Below, piece by piece: positions 1 to 13,599 of a stretch of DNA of 64,000 nt. Under the pieces are notes generated by a model. It was not told where the DNA came from. It saw only the letters and a list, made by a program, of their open reading frames with translations, and did not search any database. Position 1 is the first letter of the stretch. Each line of letters opens with the position of its first letter. The stretch lies in assembly GCA_050084515.1 (NCBI GenBank), contig CM114271.1, forward strand, positions 19,406,001 through 19,470,000, written 5' to 3'. A program made the position numbers and the translations under genes. This stretch comes from Blasia pusilla. Its lineage: Eukaryota.

Positions 1-1018
1 AACTCCCATGAGCTAGGGGGTAGCGTTATGGCCTTAGATCAAAATACCATACGACACAATTTCCTCTCTCGAACCCTAAACGACAACCGCCATCAACCAT
101 CCGCTAGCACCCAAGTGAATGTGGAGAGAAGAAGTTCATCGCCACAAGAAACCATGTCCCCTTTGAATACCCATTCTTCTATTAAACACAAGAATCACAA
201 AACATCTTTCACCCCACAACGTTGAACGTACCGTCCGTCCGGTTGTCCTCCTCACGGATCCGTCACGTAGGAAGACTCCGATTCTTAAAGTTTGCAATCA
301 TTGCCTGGCAAAATCCCTACATGGGAGCTGCAGAGTGCAGACTGAATCCATCCGTAGGCCGTAGAGAGCTCGAAGAATTCTGTACAAACATGTTTCCAAC
401 CGCTCGCGCTCATGAAGCGTCATATCGTTCACTGATCACCTCCGCCCTATCTTCGTATTGCGCTCTCTCTCCCTCTCTCTCTCTCTGTGCGCGGTTCTTT
501 CTGTCGGGGCGGCAGATTGCTTGCATCAGAGCATATATGGTGGGATATTCATTTTCTTTTCTAAAAGTGGAGTGAGGAAATGCTTCATCCCTTGGAATCG
601 TTTCCGTCAGTGCCGTGATGAATCCGGTGGTTGGCCGGTCCACGAAACGTGTATTCCACAGGCGCGCCACTAACTCGTACTGATCACGGGGTTACGGATC
701 GTGGCAGAAGATCGTTTGCTGGTTCTCCTCGGGGCCGGTTCTGGCCTCTTGAGGTCTATTTCTTTGGCTCTCTATGCCCCGGGGCTCTTTTGTATCGTGA
801 TGGGTTTCCCATCCTCTTTCTGCATATAATTTATTTCCCCCTTTTGCTGGATGGATTGGATGGATGTGAAGCCCACAATCCAATGCCCGCTTGCTCGTTG
901 TTTGTACAGTCGGTATCGAAAATGTACATCGTGCGCGATCCTTTTTCTCGATCTTTAGCTCGTTACTGTTCACATGAGGACCGCCCCACTCCTCCCTCTT
1001 CGTCTCTCTCGTCCCCTC

Positions 1019-1050
<32 letters not shown>

Positions 1051-2300
1051 TTCTTTCTCTCTCACTAGGCTAGAGCTCGAGGCCTAGTCGCCTGCTCGAG
1101 TGCATTATGGAGAGTGGAGGACGATGTTCTGACGATTCCTGGTCGTGCAATCCGTAGATGGTGGGGTGGGGTGGGGTGGGGTGGGAGGAGGCTGGCAAGG
1201 AGGAAGCTACAGCTGACACTTGCACAGTTCTCACTCGATCCCTGAACTCGCAATTAAGCCATGGAAGCTGCCATCATCGAGCAATCAAACGTCGGCACTC
1301 AGTTCGAGTGACCACAGCCTAAGCAAAGGCAGGTGTCTCACAATCATCGGATGGAAACCGTATCTGCTGTCCAAGAATGGGGCCGGCCTAAGTCAATCAC
1401 GCATTGCCTAGATGAGACAATTCGGGAAGCTGTGGAGTCGTGGCGTGGCACACTTCCCAGCAATCGCCATTGAAGTAGTACATCACTTTCACGTGACTGT
1501 CAGTCTCTCTCTCTCTCTCTCTCACGGAACCTCAATTTTCGTACTGTTTAGAGATGGACAGAATTCCAAACTATAGTTTTCCTTCGCAGATTTTCAGGAC
1601 CTTGCAACTGTTTCGAAAGATGGAGCGATTTGCCACCTTTACCCAACCGACAATCATCTCAGACCACAGCTTTCGATCTTCCACAGAATTGGCACTTTTG
1701 TGGAACGGAAAGCACGCTTTTGCCAATTTCATCCACTCACGATTATTGGGCTGACAGTGTGTCCACTTTTACGGGGCGCAAATCGTGCTTTTGCGAATTC
1801 CATCTACTCACAATTGTTGAGCTCAGGCTCTTGCCCTTCACCCTGTTCCTGCCCGTCCCATCATTCCGCATCTGCTTGTAGCAGCTGTCAAGTCTTGGTC
1901 GGCCACTCATCGAGTCCTCCTCGCCATGGAATTTAACTCATCCGTTTCTTCCATTCTCTCCCGCTGGATTGTTCCCACTGACATGGAATCTTTTCAAGCA
2001 GTGTCAGTCATTTGGAACACGACATTCCCCACTAACTTTACGAAAAGTAGAACGAGACGCCGCCCACCTTACCAAACGCGTGTTTGCTTGCTTGGCTTTT
2101 GGAGACCCAGAGTCGTGGTCAATCATGGAGACGCACAATTCAGCCGCATGCAAATCCAATCTCAACCGAGATCGTCCAGCAGTCACACGTGAGCATCCGT
2201 CGACCCTACAACTCGGGACCATGTCACAAGCCGCAAGTCTGCAGCAGAACGCTTGGACAGTTCGAATTGTGATCGTGCCCAAGGTGCAATGACAATGATA

Positions 2301-2620
2301 ACTTTGCCGGCCCCCTTGTCTTTCATTGTGCTTCAAAAGCTGCATTCGATCGTGTTCACGGTGCGATCAGACGGACTACTTTGCAGGACCTTTTCTTTCG
2401 TCGCGCCTCAAAAAATGCCCCGTTCGATTATGCTCACGGTACAATCAGAAGGACCACTTTGTAGCCCTTTGTCGTCCATTGTGCTTCAAAAGCTTCATTC
2501 GGTTTTGCCCATGGTACAATCAGAAGGACCACTTTGCAGGCCCTTGTCATTCATTATGCTCCAAAAGCTCGATTCGGGTTGTGACCACAATGCAATCAGA
2601 AGGGCACCTTTGCAGGCCCT
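2301..2620. repeat. Degenerate tandem repeat, about 4 units of 75-78 bp
   Basis: The unit 'actttgcaggcccttgtc..ttcattgtgcttcaaaagc..cattcg....cacggtacaatcagaaggacc' recurs at about 2301, 2378, 2456 and 2531, with a partial copy at 2607. Confidence 0.85.
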
Positions 2621-4819
2621 AGTTTTCAGAAGAATACGACCTCGTTCCAACGGCCGCAACGGGCTCTGCTTTCAGAAGGAACAAACCACCTCGAGGGACT
2701 CCACTGCAATTCCGATTCTCCTAAGACCCTACGAACTCTTTTGAAATCCAGATCTCCTACCCGGAGCAAAACTCTTCGCGCGAGATGCAGACCAGTCACT
2801 GCTTAGTGCTTCTGTATCCGATACAAGCACATTCGATGAAGATGCGCATTTCGCGGGTGCCCGCCTTCCGAAACAATCTCCCGGAGAAACGAAATTCATT
2901 CTTCCGCTGATCCCAATCCGTAGCACTGATGTTCGCCTCCTAACAAAACACCAGCCTCTGCCACGGTTGCTGTCGGATCGACCATATTGTTCTTCGTCGC
3001 TTCATATCGCATCTTTGGCTCCTCATCCATTTGCTCTTTTTTATCGCACGGAGTTCATGGTGCGCAGCCAACCTAAGGCCCACTGCGCCGAACATAGTTT
3101 CTGCGATTCGAGAGAGAACTGGGGAAGAGGAAATCAAGCTGTGGATTCAGGGAGTAGCCGCTTCGGACCCTAGGAGACCCATGTAACCGGTCGTCATAGA
3201 ACAAAGCGTACTCAGAAATCTCCAAGAATTGCATGAAGCTGATTTTGAAACCTCGTGCTCACCTACCAGCGCATCCATCGAGGGGCAGAGTGCGAGGGAT
3301 GAAAGCGGTGCGGTGCAATGCAACCAACGAGGCTTTCCGAGAGGGAAGTCCGAAATTGACGCTGTAGTAGACAGGCAAAACGAGATGCGATCGTTGACAG
3401 TTTCTTTTCCCGTTGACGTTAAATTTGAGGGACGCTGTCTGCATATTGTGGATGAAAATTAGGTCGTATGAATTACAAGGCAATTATGAGTTCATGAAAC
3501 TTCGATATACTCTCCCGCATGACTCCTCTGTTGTATCTTTGAACGCATCCCTGAGGATTAGCTGGAATGAGACAAGAGAGTTGTAGCATGTCGATCTTAC
3601 ATCAGTCCTTTTTCTTAAATACAGCCAATCGCGAGTCATAAATTCATAAAGGGCCACATGTCATCATCGGACATAAACTCAAAGTGTAGCGCTTTGAGGA
3701 GGATACTGCACTTTCATCGGCAGATTTCTCCCGTCCCAAGATGCACCAACTCTCTTCGCTTTTCGAGGAGATGGTCACTCGGAGGTTAGAATCTCCGTAG
3801 GGACTTTCAATTATGCAGTTCCTTTCTTAAAATACACTTGAGCCAATCCCGTCAGCATAGCCGTGCAGTTTTGGAATAAGACAAAGTCCCGATCCAAAAT
3901 CTCGGATGCATGAGCGTGGGGACCAAAATCGCTCTCCCAAAGTCGTCGCAGTGTGCCCTTCCTATCTACAACCATACCATAGTAAATAAGCCGAAGCTGC
4001 TGACCGTGTCGAGCAACTCTCGTTTCAAGTCCCCATCCTGGACCGATCTTCCATGAAAGTGGACACCTATAGTCTTATGTTTAGGGGAGAGAAAATCATT
4101 CAGTCCGTCCTTCCTTCCAGGTCCAGAAAACTGTGAGAATCTTTACCCATTCTGAATCTTCCGGGAAACTGTACAATCAGAGTTCGAGTTTAAGATAGAC
4201 CCAATCATTCTCCTCCTCTCCCACCCACACCTACCCCGGAATCTCGGTGAACTGTCTGTGGAAAGACACGAAGTTGAAGGCCAGACTCGAACACCACTTT
4301 CTTTCAAGTAGCGGGACCAGGATTCTCTGCAGAGTTGACAGCCCATCCCGACTTTTTAGGTGGCGAACCTTTCTAAGGCAACACGAGGACTCTCATGGGG
4401 CAATGGCTGCTTTCGAGCACCTTCGTAATCTGTTGCGTAGGGGTTAATCGAGTCTGTGTTTCCCACTGTTATTAGCACTGCCGAGTCTGCCAGGTGCCCT
4501 CGGCAGCAGTATGCGAGCTTTCGAAAGTCGAGCGCATATGGTGTGCGCACTTGCATGAATTTCTTTAGGAAGTTCATCTACAGATTCGTGACAGCAACTT
4601 GTGGATAAGAGACACTTTGCAGCCTACTTTTAGGACTGAAAATCTTCAATAGGCTTCTTCCCATCCGCACCCGAGGGCACCAGTCCCCGAAGCTTGAACC
4701 GAGATCACATGCATGGCCATACGACGAAGGAAATTTGTCTTACAGACCCTTCTAGCTAGGTTGATAATCCCCCGCCATGGGAAATAGAGGGGATGTTGAG
4801 TGATGAGTAGGGCTCATGC

Positions 4820-4918
4820 GGTACAATTTGAAGTACTCTCTGCAGTTTGCACGAGTCAGCTGCAAACTGCAGAGAGTACGTCAAATTGCACCTGACTCGT
4901 GCAAATTGCAGAGAGTAC
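4820..4918. repeat. Three-arm inverted repeat (hairpin-forming)
   Basis: 4820-4851 is the reverse complement of 4861-4892 (2 mismatches in 32 bp). 4892-4918 is the reverse complement of 4833-4859 (1 mismatch). Confidence 0.9.
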
Positions 4919-7900
4919 CCTAGACAACAATCATGGACGCCACTGGGGACGAAGCAGAAAATAGAACAGCAATAGGAAGTCAGAACACGACCTTTGAGGT
5001 GGCAGCCCTACCTGAAAGGATCTGTTCCCAGGATCATGTGCCGTTTAGGAACCCAACCCACTGGATTCTTGTTCCTTCATCCTCAGGGTTCTGTTTCTGT
5101 TCGTTGAATTGAGGAACACGGGTGCTGCCGAGGTCTTGCGATGATCAAGACCTATTCTACTTTCAGTGTCTGACTTGACTGCGAGTACAAAAAAGGGCTG
5201 CACTAAATAAAGTTCATGCTTACCCACCAAGGAGAAACGATGTGCAAGTCTCAGACGAAGGCTGAGATTAAACGAAAGAGCTGTCGATACGAATTCTGCT
5301 CTTATCGTGGGCATCTTAACCCAACACTTTCATCTCCGAAATGGACATACAGTTTTTATTTCTTGCAGTAGCTCAAGCTCAGACTCTTCTGATTTCTTGC
5401 TAAAGATCCACATTGTCGGTAATAAAACCCTTCTGCAAAACGAAGAGACATGGGCTAAATGCCCATTGTTTCCGCTTCAGCCGGAATTACTTGAGCACAT
5501 TCTAATTTTCGGTTCATTATCTGTTTTGGCAAACGTCATTCTAGATACCCAACACAATTCAAGGCTGTTTACTCAAAAGCGTTTCTCAGTATATGCATTC
5601 AGTGAAATTCAAGGATGGCTGGTTGTATTCAAGCGTCCATCCTTTGTTCTAATCAATGATCATTCTACATATTCAATGCAATATTTCCAGGATGATGGAG
5701 TGAAATTGAGCCTTAGCCAAGGGCCATAAACCTCACCGAGGATATTCTCACGTGAAGAGCCTGGATATTGTCATCTTTGCAAAGTGCTCCAGAGATCATG
5801 CAGTGTGATAACCTTGTGCTGTCACATATGTCTTGATTTTAAAATCGTTAGGGGCAACAGCTGCAACCCAAAGTAGTTTCGCAACTTTCTTTTGTTCGCT
5901 TGTTGTCTCATGCAGCATCGAGATTGTCGAAGAACGTTTGGTAGCCCGAGATAGGATAGAGCAACATGAAACTTGAGGAAACATACAGGTGCATTTCAAA
6001 CATAAAAGTGAAGGAGACAAAGGCAATAAAGCCAACGGAAAAAAGGTGGAACTAGTTGAACTGATCAAAGATGGAAAGCATGTGCAGATCTAGAAGCGAA
6101 AATCGAAGAGATCGGCTAAAAGCTGAAGCGATTCTAAGGAAGAAACCAATGGAAAACTTTGAGGTTGGATATATGTCAAACTCTTTGCATGGTATCTACA
6201 CTCTTCCCAACCCTCCTGGAGAACGGATAAAAGCGAAGGGTTCTGTCATGATATCGGACGATGGGAGTCAACTGAGGATCAAAATGCCCTAAGTTATTGA
6301 CTTGTCAGAAAGTTTGCGCTTGATTCTGCTTCAATTTTCGCTACTTCCGTCCAACAGATGTCTGGTCCCATCAATCTTCTAGATCCCGGCTCATTCTACT
6401 TGTCATCCGACCATTCCTTTGACTTTTCTTGCCCCTTTCCTTGGATAAAACAAAATCTCATTGCCACCGGATCCACCTTAAACTCCACTGCTTTATAATC
6501 TCTCACATCCATCTTACGAAGTTACACAGAAGAATCCCAGATCTTTCATTCACTCTCCTATCAGATTCTCCTGTCTTAAAATGCTTTCTTCCTTCGACAT
6601 GGTAGACCTAAACTTGCATAAGGTCTTCGATACCCCCTTCTCACATCCAAGAGCAGTCCCAGCTCCAGGGAGTGAAATGACTCATGCTCCAGAGGGGAAC
6701 GGAGTGTGAGGGTACCAGTGGCTTTACTCCCGAGTTAATACTTGGGAAAAACCCAGCACCTTCATGGAGAATCACTATGAAGATTCCAAGTCTAGAAGCT
6801 TGAAATCTAGTCGTGATTGCACGCAAATTGCCCGACTCATGCACGGCACAGAAACATAAATTATTTTCCATGTGATCATACTGATCGGTATACCATCAGT
6901 ATGGTAAGAAGAACTCACATAAGAATTTCTCTCCGCTTACGTGGTGCTTTCTTCACTTCTTCCTCCTGCATCTATGCCAGCCACTCTCACCTTCAAATCA
7001 AAACTCGGGATGTATGGCCACAAGGCCAAGACGGACACTATTCTCGTGTTTGGATGAGAAATCTTATTCCAAGACATCGATCTGCAAGCCCACACAGGTA
7101 AAGGACCTGATGCAATTCGAATGATGGACAAACCTATACTATGAATGTCGATTCATGGAGCAAAAATTTTGCCCACCTACAAACAAATAAGTCGACAGTA
7201 CAGTAAGCTTGACTACGTGTCCCAAGAAGAGCATGACGACGGCGCCGCAATTATACACCCACCAGCATTGTCTCTGTCATTCATTTCCCCCCTGCCTAAT
7301 CTCTATCACCTATTCCGAGTAAACACAAAGTGTTGCTATTGCTGCGACACTTTCTGAGACGTAAACGCAGATATGTGGTCAAGCACTCTCCGAGTATGGA
7401 CGCTGTTTCTTTACGTCTACACAGTGAATCGATGCGGCACAGCTTTCCAACTGTAGACTTACCCAACTAAAATTCTTGACCCCACCTGGCCCACAGAACG
7501 TTATCCGAGCTTTCCAACAAGATTTTAGTACAGGGGAAGCAAACAAATTCTGATAATTCCTATGAATGTTCAGATCTTCGGAATCAAAGATCAGCTTTCT
7601 TCGAGAGCTTTCAAGAAACCGACAGAAGAACTGGAAGCTGAACTATCCGAACCATCTGCATCATCTGAAAGGTCTGCTACAATCAATTTCAGACCACTTT
7701 CTTTCCTACCCGAGGAAGAAGGGGGAGAAGAGACTTTTCTCGTCTTTATGCGTTAAGCCGAACACGCAGTACTAGTAACAATGCGTCTTCTTCAGGCATT
7801 TTAGCGCAGAAATGTGCAGCCATGTGCGGACACGGGAAAGAATCTATCTCCACATTTATTAGATTGGAGAGGACAAACGCAACAAGAGATAGGAAAGAAT

Positions 7901-9859
7901 TCCAAGAGCTTCACAGGTGTGCCAGGTCATCCTGAAATGTGGCCGAGACACATTAAATGCCAAGGTTTTCAGAGATACACCCAATCCAAACTAAAGCATG
8001 AAAAGGCAACGCTACCATGAACCAAATCACCAGCCTGCGTGTAAAAAGCTGTTCATGGTAACCTTTGAAGTTCAGTGGAACCTACCAGCGTAGCGATCAG
8101 AGAGTTCCAATCAAGAAATTTAAACAGTCTAATTGTGGATGCACCGTGGTGAAGCTCCCGTGTCTCATCCTTTACAGCAATCTAACTTCTCACATTTCCC
8201 TGTCGACTTCGCGGGCTCGGGATATCTCTCGGGGAACAGAGGAGATGAAACAGCAAATGGCATCTTCAGATCTGTTCATATACCTCAATCCAACCGCAAC
8301 AGAGGGCATAAGCGCACTCTTACATAACAAGTCAACAGGGATCATATGAAACAGCGAAATCCATTTCTGTAAATTAAACTCTAGCCACGGGGATAGATAG
8401 AGAGCAAACCACATGGCACATCCGGATACAACCACAAACAGACAGAGAAAGCGAAAATAGACCGAGAAGGTGCGCTTTTCACGGATAAAGACAAACGAAG
8501 AGAAAAAGAAACGGAGTGGAGAATACTGTCTAGATATATGTACACGTCAATCTAACCACGGAGAGATTGCACAAGAAGACCGAAATTGAGGTGGAAATCT
8601 ACAGTAAAGACTCCATTCTAATCATCGACGCGGGAAAAGTACATTGCACATGCCGACAACCAGACGACATGGAACAGAGGCCAGGCATGAAACTCACAAG
8701 AAGACAACCACACAAGAGTGACCCGAGAAATGAGCATTAATGACTTCTTTCTAATCATAGAAGCTAGACGGCGCATTTGCACAAAAAGACAAAGCAGACG
8801 ACATGGAACGAATGTCCTAGTCCAACATGCATCACAGTCAACAATCTGCACAAAAAGCAATAATCACACAAATCGTTTCACGATCGTCAGTTTTCGGAAC
8901 TGATGCTCTCTTCCATCCACTTCACCGGACATTCCTCATCGTTCAACATCTTCGTTTACTCTCTTTCATAAAACCAGAGTTGATGCTGCGAATCATGAGG
9001 TGACCCTCGTCATCGCTCTCCATCTGCTTATTTTAAACCTTAATGCGACAAGAGCTGAGGGGACGCGCTAAATTTGAAATAAAATGTACCAAAATATATA
9101 AAAAAACTATTGGAAGAGTCCAGACTTATTTTAACTAGACGATGCACAGGGTCCGAGGACATATGTCATAGTTCCTCGTCGTTTTGGTTTTTTTAAACCT
9201 CTACAGAGATCATAGCTTGGGGGAAGCACTAAATATGAAAAAGAGATACTTAAAAAATAAAGGCAGTAAACAAAAGTTATTGATAGGCGAGAATCGAATG
9301 TGAACACATAGGGCCCACGAAAAAAGGGGGTTCCACGTTTCATGGTGCCCGCAATAATGTTCTTGAGCTCAATTTGCTAAAGAGTTTCTTGTAGTTCCTT
9401 TTACTCCATAGTCATTCACATTTCTTCATGAAAGTTTAATGAGCTTCTAAAGAGGGTTTCCCACTTTCTTTTCAATTAAGCTTGTTGTGGACTTGGTTGT
9501 GAGACCCCCCCACCCAATTAGTACACTTACAAACCACCGACATATTGCCTCCACTATGCAATTGAGAACGGTTATTTTAGTACAAATGCATAGTATTCAT
9601 CTACCACTCGCAAGATACTCACAACAAACGAGTAACCATACATGTACATTGCAAGTCTTTTGTGAGTAAGTTGCAATTGTGCTTTTGCACTTAGGTTTAC
9701 CTTAAGTCCTCTAGCTCCACGTTCTACCTCAATCCATTGTTGTCGACCCACACACATGAACGTTTTTTGGTAGATGTCCATCAACTCCCTCTCCAGGATG
9801 ACCCACCTGGACTATACGTCACATCGAGAAGATGTGATCACTTGTATATCAAGTTGGAA

Positions 9860-11200
9860 TGTTGTGCGCCTACTCCTCCTTAACGTCAATCTCAGTTATT
9901 GTTGAAGTGTACGTTCAGTAGGTATCGTGCGCCTACTCCCCTTGAACATCAATCTCTAGTGTTGTTGAAGCGTAGATTCAGTAGGACACGCTATCACTGC
10001 GGATCTACACCCAAACACACTCATGTTAGTCTGGTCCGGGTTAATCAACCTTCCAACCCACCGAGTTCTCAACTCGGCACTTCATCAAGCTCAACCTTCC
10101 TAGTTCCTCACTTACCAACACGGCCAAGTCTTTCGAGACTTGGGACAAACTTTGTGGAGAGTCTAAGCACCCTAAACGGCGTTCGCACGTTTGGCGGTCC
10201 CAACTATCCAATGGTCCTCGAATGAGCCCCTAACCGAGACCGACTTAAATGAGTCGCGGGTTGGAATCCATGAGTGATCTTCAAAATCCACTCCATCAGA
10301 CTTGGTTTGGGTTCCGAATCCCAACGCCAAACTCTAGATCCATTTGGTCCCCTTGGTTTGCCCAATGGCGCCCCAAACAAGGATTCAAGTCCCAAGCCCT
10401 CTTGGAGACCTTCCTCCTTACTAGAACTTCAGAGATTATCCAACCTTCCCCTATCTTTTGGGAAGAGACTTTGAGGCCCCTCTTTTGATCCTCTCGTAAG
10501 GCCTCAACCGAACTCCCCGTATAGTTATTTTTGGGAAATTTTTCATCCTCTACTTGTGCATTTGCTAAGATCTTCAGTACGTTGGAACCGGCTTTGCATA
10601 AGCTTTCCAATAGCTTTTTACTACTCCCAAACTCATCTTGAGACTAAAATTCATGGTCCAAAATACCATAAAACCCCCAAACGCTAGTCCGTTCCAAATC
10701 CGGTTCTCACCTCTTTGGCAACCTCTCTACCTGGACTCGAATCCTCTCCAGTCTTGATTCACGTTCCCTAGTCGTGACCATAAATGCATGAAATGCTCAA
10801 CCTTCTTTACGTCTCATATCTTGTGCTCCTTCAAGAGATCTCTCCAACGTGCAAACCATCCTAGCATGAGCCCATTAGAGTTTTGATGTTATGTTTGCCG
10901 CTCATTTGGCTATGAGGGTCGCAACAATAGGTCATACTCTCCTTATTGATTTGCACCCGAAAACACTTCAGTTTGCCATTGTTTGGATCAACCAGTTTCA
11001 CATCTCCTAAGTCCCAGCCTCAAGCTATTCTTCAAGCTATCTAAGGAGGGTCATATACTGTCCTACACCCTCACTCTCTAACACAAGCAAGTCCTTCAAG
11101 ACTTGGGATAGAATCCCTGATAGTCTAAGAACCTAAAACCGTATTACGGCATCTGGCGGTCCCAACTGCCCAATGGACCTCGATTGAGTCTCTAGCTGGA
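9860..11200. repeat. Unclassified repeat region: 64-bp tandem pair plus a diverged ~105-bp direct repeat about 960 bp apart
   Basis: 'gtgcgcctactcc...atctc..gt..tgttgaag.gta..ttcagtagg' occurs twice in 9860-9985. 'agacttggga...agtctaag.....ggcggtcccaact..ccaatgg.cctcga.tgag' occurs at about 10130-10235 and 11095-11200. Confidence 0.6.
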
Positions 11201-11302
11201 CCCAATATGTGAGTCAATGTCCAAGGTTGATATCCATAATTGATCTCCTTGGACTTGGCTTAGTGTCCACAACCTGAAGCCAACCTCTCAATCCATCTTG
11301 TG

Positions 11303-11700
11303 TGTTGTGCACATACACATCGCTAGCCATATCCACACTACACAACACCAATCTTCCTAAAATATTAGTGGATCCATACACATACAAGAAATGAATCCAT
11401 CCATGTACATCAAAATAACACAACAAAATTTGAGTAAAAATGGCTCAGACGGCCAATTCCACTGTCAAATCTACATCGGCATATGGAGCCACATCCACTC
11501 TCTACTATGAGGGAATTCGGACACTAGCACCCTAGTTCCTACTACACACAAAGCAACAGAGGTGCTCTAAAGGCCCATATGAGAAAGATGGTTTGGTAAG
11601 ACCATCTCTCCCTCTCTTATAGCCTTCGAAAGAGCCAAAAGGCTCTTCCCCCAAAAATATCCTTCAAACGGTAACCTGCATGCACATATTATTGAGTTTA
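11303..11700 (-). mobile_element. Truncated 3' terminal repeat (B2 plus part of A2) of another copy of the element-A family, inverted
   Basis: The reverse complement aligns, diverged, to 27350-27705. Shared blocks include ggggaagagccttttggctctt, ctagggtgctag, gatgtagatt and gaagat.ggtgttgtgt. It starts at the family terminus tgttgtgcacatacacatcgcta. Confidence 0.8.
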
Positions 11701-12348
11701 TGCATTGTTTAGCGTTGGGGTTACGGAAGGCTGACATTGAGCCTTGTCCCTTCTAGATACAGACCTCGATTGGGGGCATGTCACCCACGCAGTATATGAT
11801 TCGACAGGAGATAGTTGTTAGAGTCCAGCCAGAGCATGCGACGGATAGTGCTATGGTGCACACACGTGCGATTACGACATCAGTTGAGTCATACGATGTG
11901 TTGTTATATCCCCTAGGATTCATCCTTGACTTCTGGGAGGAGACCGTTGCTTATCGGCCAGGGAGGCGTTTAGGTGACGGCCGGATGAGTCAGCTATCTG
12001 TGCAGTTTGCAAGACGAGGAGGTCGATCACGAGACAAGTCTGTGACCACGTTGGCAACTTTCACACGTAGTGTTAGCTGGCCAGGAGAGTTGTTGGAGGG
12101 GAACGCACAAGCGGAGGATTTCCGAGTAGTGGATAGTCCCACGGAGAGACAGGCCATGGCAGGTGTCTCTTCCCATGTTGGCGAGACCCCTTCACCTTTG
12201 TGGGGTACGACTTGAGAGATACATAGGAGTGTCGACGATATCGTGAGGCACGCGTGGAGTCATGCCTTTATCTCGGAGCAGCGAGAGTCAAATGGTGATC
12301 GGGCCCCTGAAGTGGAGACGTTGAACCTAGGATACCACACCCGTTGTA

Positions 12349-13320
12349 TGGCAGTGTCCAGAGGAGGGTGTTAGGGTGTTAGGGCTCTTCAAAGGGATAA
12401 ACATATGATTAGCAACGGTATTGCAAGCGGGCATACGAATGCATCACTACCTTTATGTGGAGAGAGATGAGATCGCGCGGCGAGTATCATTACTTCATGT
12501 AGCGAGATTGGTCCATAGGTATCCTGAGTTGTTTCCGATATCTGCACTACGGGGATATCAGTATACACTACCCACCGACATCTCTTTGGTGGGGGCGCAT
12601 GATCTAGATAGAGTTGGCACCATTCATTTGGTGATTGTTGGATGGCCATGTCAGGGTCATTCATCAGCTGGCCGAGGGTTTGGATTGCAAGATCCGAGGT
12701 CATGGATGTTTTGGGAGATGTTGTAAGTAGTACGACACTTTTAGGAGAGTCAGACATGTTTTCTGGCGTACATCTTGAAGAACGTGCCGTTGTTGGGAGA
12801 CACTCGTGCACGTATGCTGACGAGTGTGCATCAAATGAGGTCTTGGTTGGGAATTGCTGTGTTGTTAGATGCAGCAAGAGTTGGATCACGCGCCCATCGT
12901 CCATGACTGTGGTGGACAAACCTGATACCATCAAAGGTACTGAGTCAAGCATACGATGGAGTCCACAGAGCACCACATCTCATAGTGGATGTTATTTTGG
13001 CCTCAGGGCGTCGATCTCAGGTGGTGACGCGGGATGATAGACTACCGTTGGCGATGGCCAATAGGATGGGGGAGTTGAGGGTAGCCTCACCTACGTTGGT
13101 GAGCTTCCCAACATCCCATACCTTTCGTCAAGGAGGGCCACGCATGATTTCGGAATGAGATAACCCAAGCATTGGAGGAGCCTAGAGCAGATGAGCGCGA
13201 GCGCTACGGGTACTACGGCGGTGCCAGGTATGACTGAGGCATCCCGGAGACAGGTTTTGGGGCAGGCAATGGACCTCAACTATCTCACATGGATAGTCAG
13301 CCTTGGTATGGCTGAGCAGA
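12349..13320 (+). pseudogene. C5 cytosine DNA methyltransferase domain (DNMT3/DRM-like) inside pol of element A, disrupted
   Basis: Motifs in order: RVLGLFKGI (I), YLYVE (II), TDIS (III), LVIVGWPCQG (IV, catalytic Cys at 12649), DPRSWMFWE (V), YILKNV (VI), AHRP*LWWTN (VIII), RRQVLGQAMD (X). Several in-frame stops. Confidence 0.9.
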
Positions 13321-13599
13321 GACGGATGCAAGAGCCATCCATGCTGTCACGCCCACGAGTTGGACCATTGCCTACAGGGTCTGTACAGGCATTGGTTGGG
13401 AACGGGACCAGGAGAGATAGGCACCCATGGACTTCCTGGGACGTCGTTTGAGCGGAGAGTGCAAAGGCGGCCAGAGTAGCACATGTTCATGTTTTGGATG
13501 TTTTGGTGTAGGAGGTCAGAGTGGAGTGGTTGTTGCGGAGGTGGCTAGGGTTGCTACATAGCAACCAAAGCCAGAGGTTAAGTCTTCTCCGAGGGAGGT

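Noticed and set aside
1000-1065. (CT)n and (GA)n microsatellites, also at about 1504, 32655, 38043 and 51287
   Set aside because: Ordinary plant simple repeats.
1-9100. Possible multi-exon gene on the minus strand (splice-like signals, e.g. around 3263-3440)
   Set aside because: No recognisable protein motif and no consistent exon chain could be built. Transcript data are needed.
12349-13320. Host DNMT3/DRM gene or bacterial methyltransferase contamination
   Set aside because: The domain is intronless, collinear with protease and RT, and repeated at the same position in three element copies.
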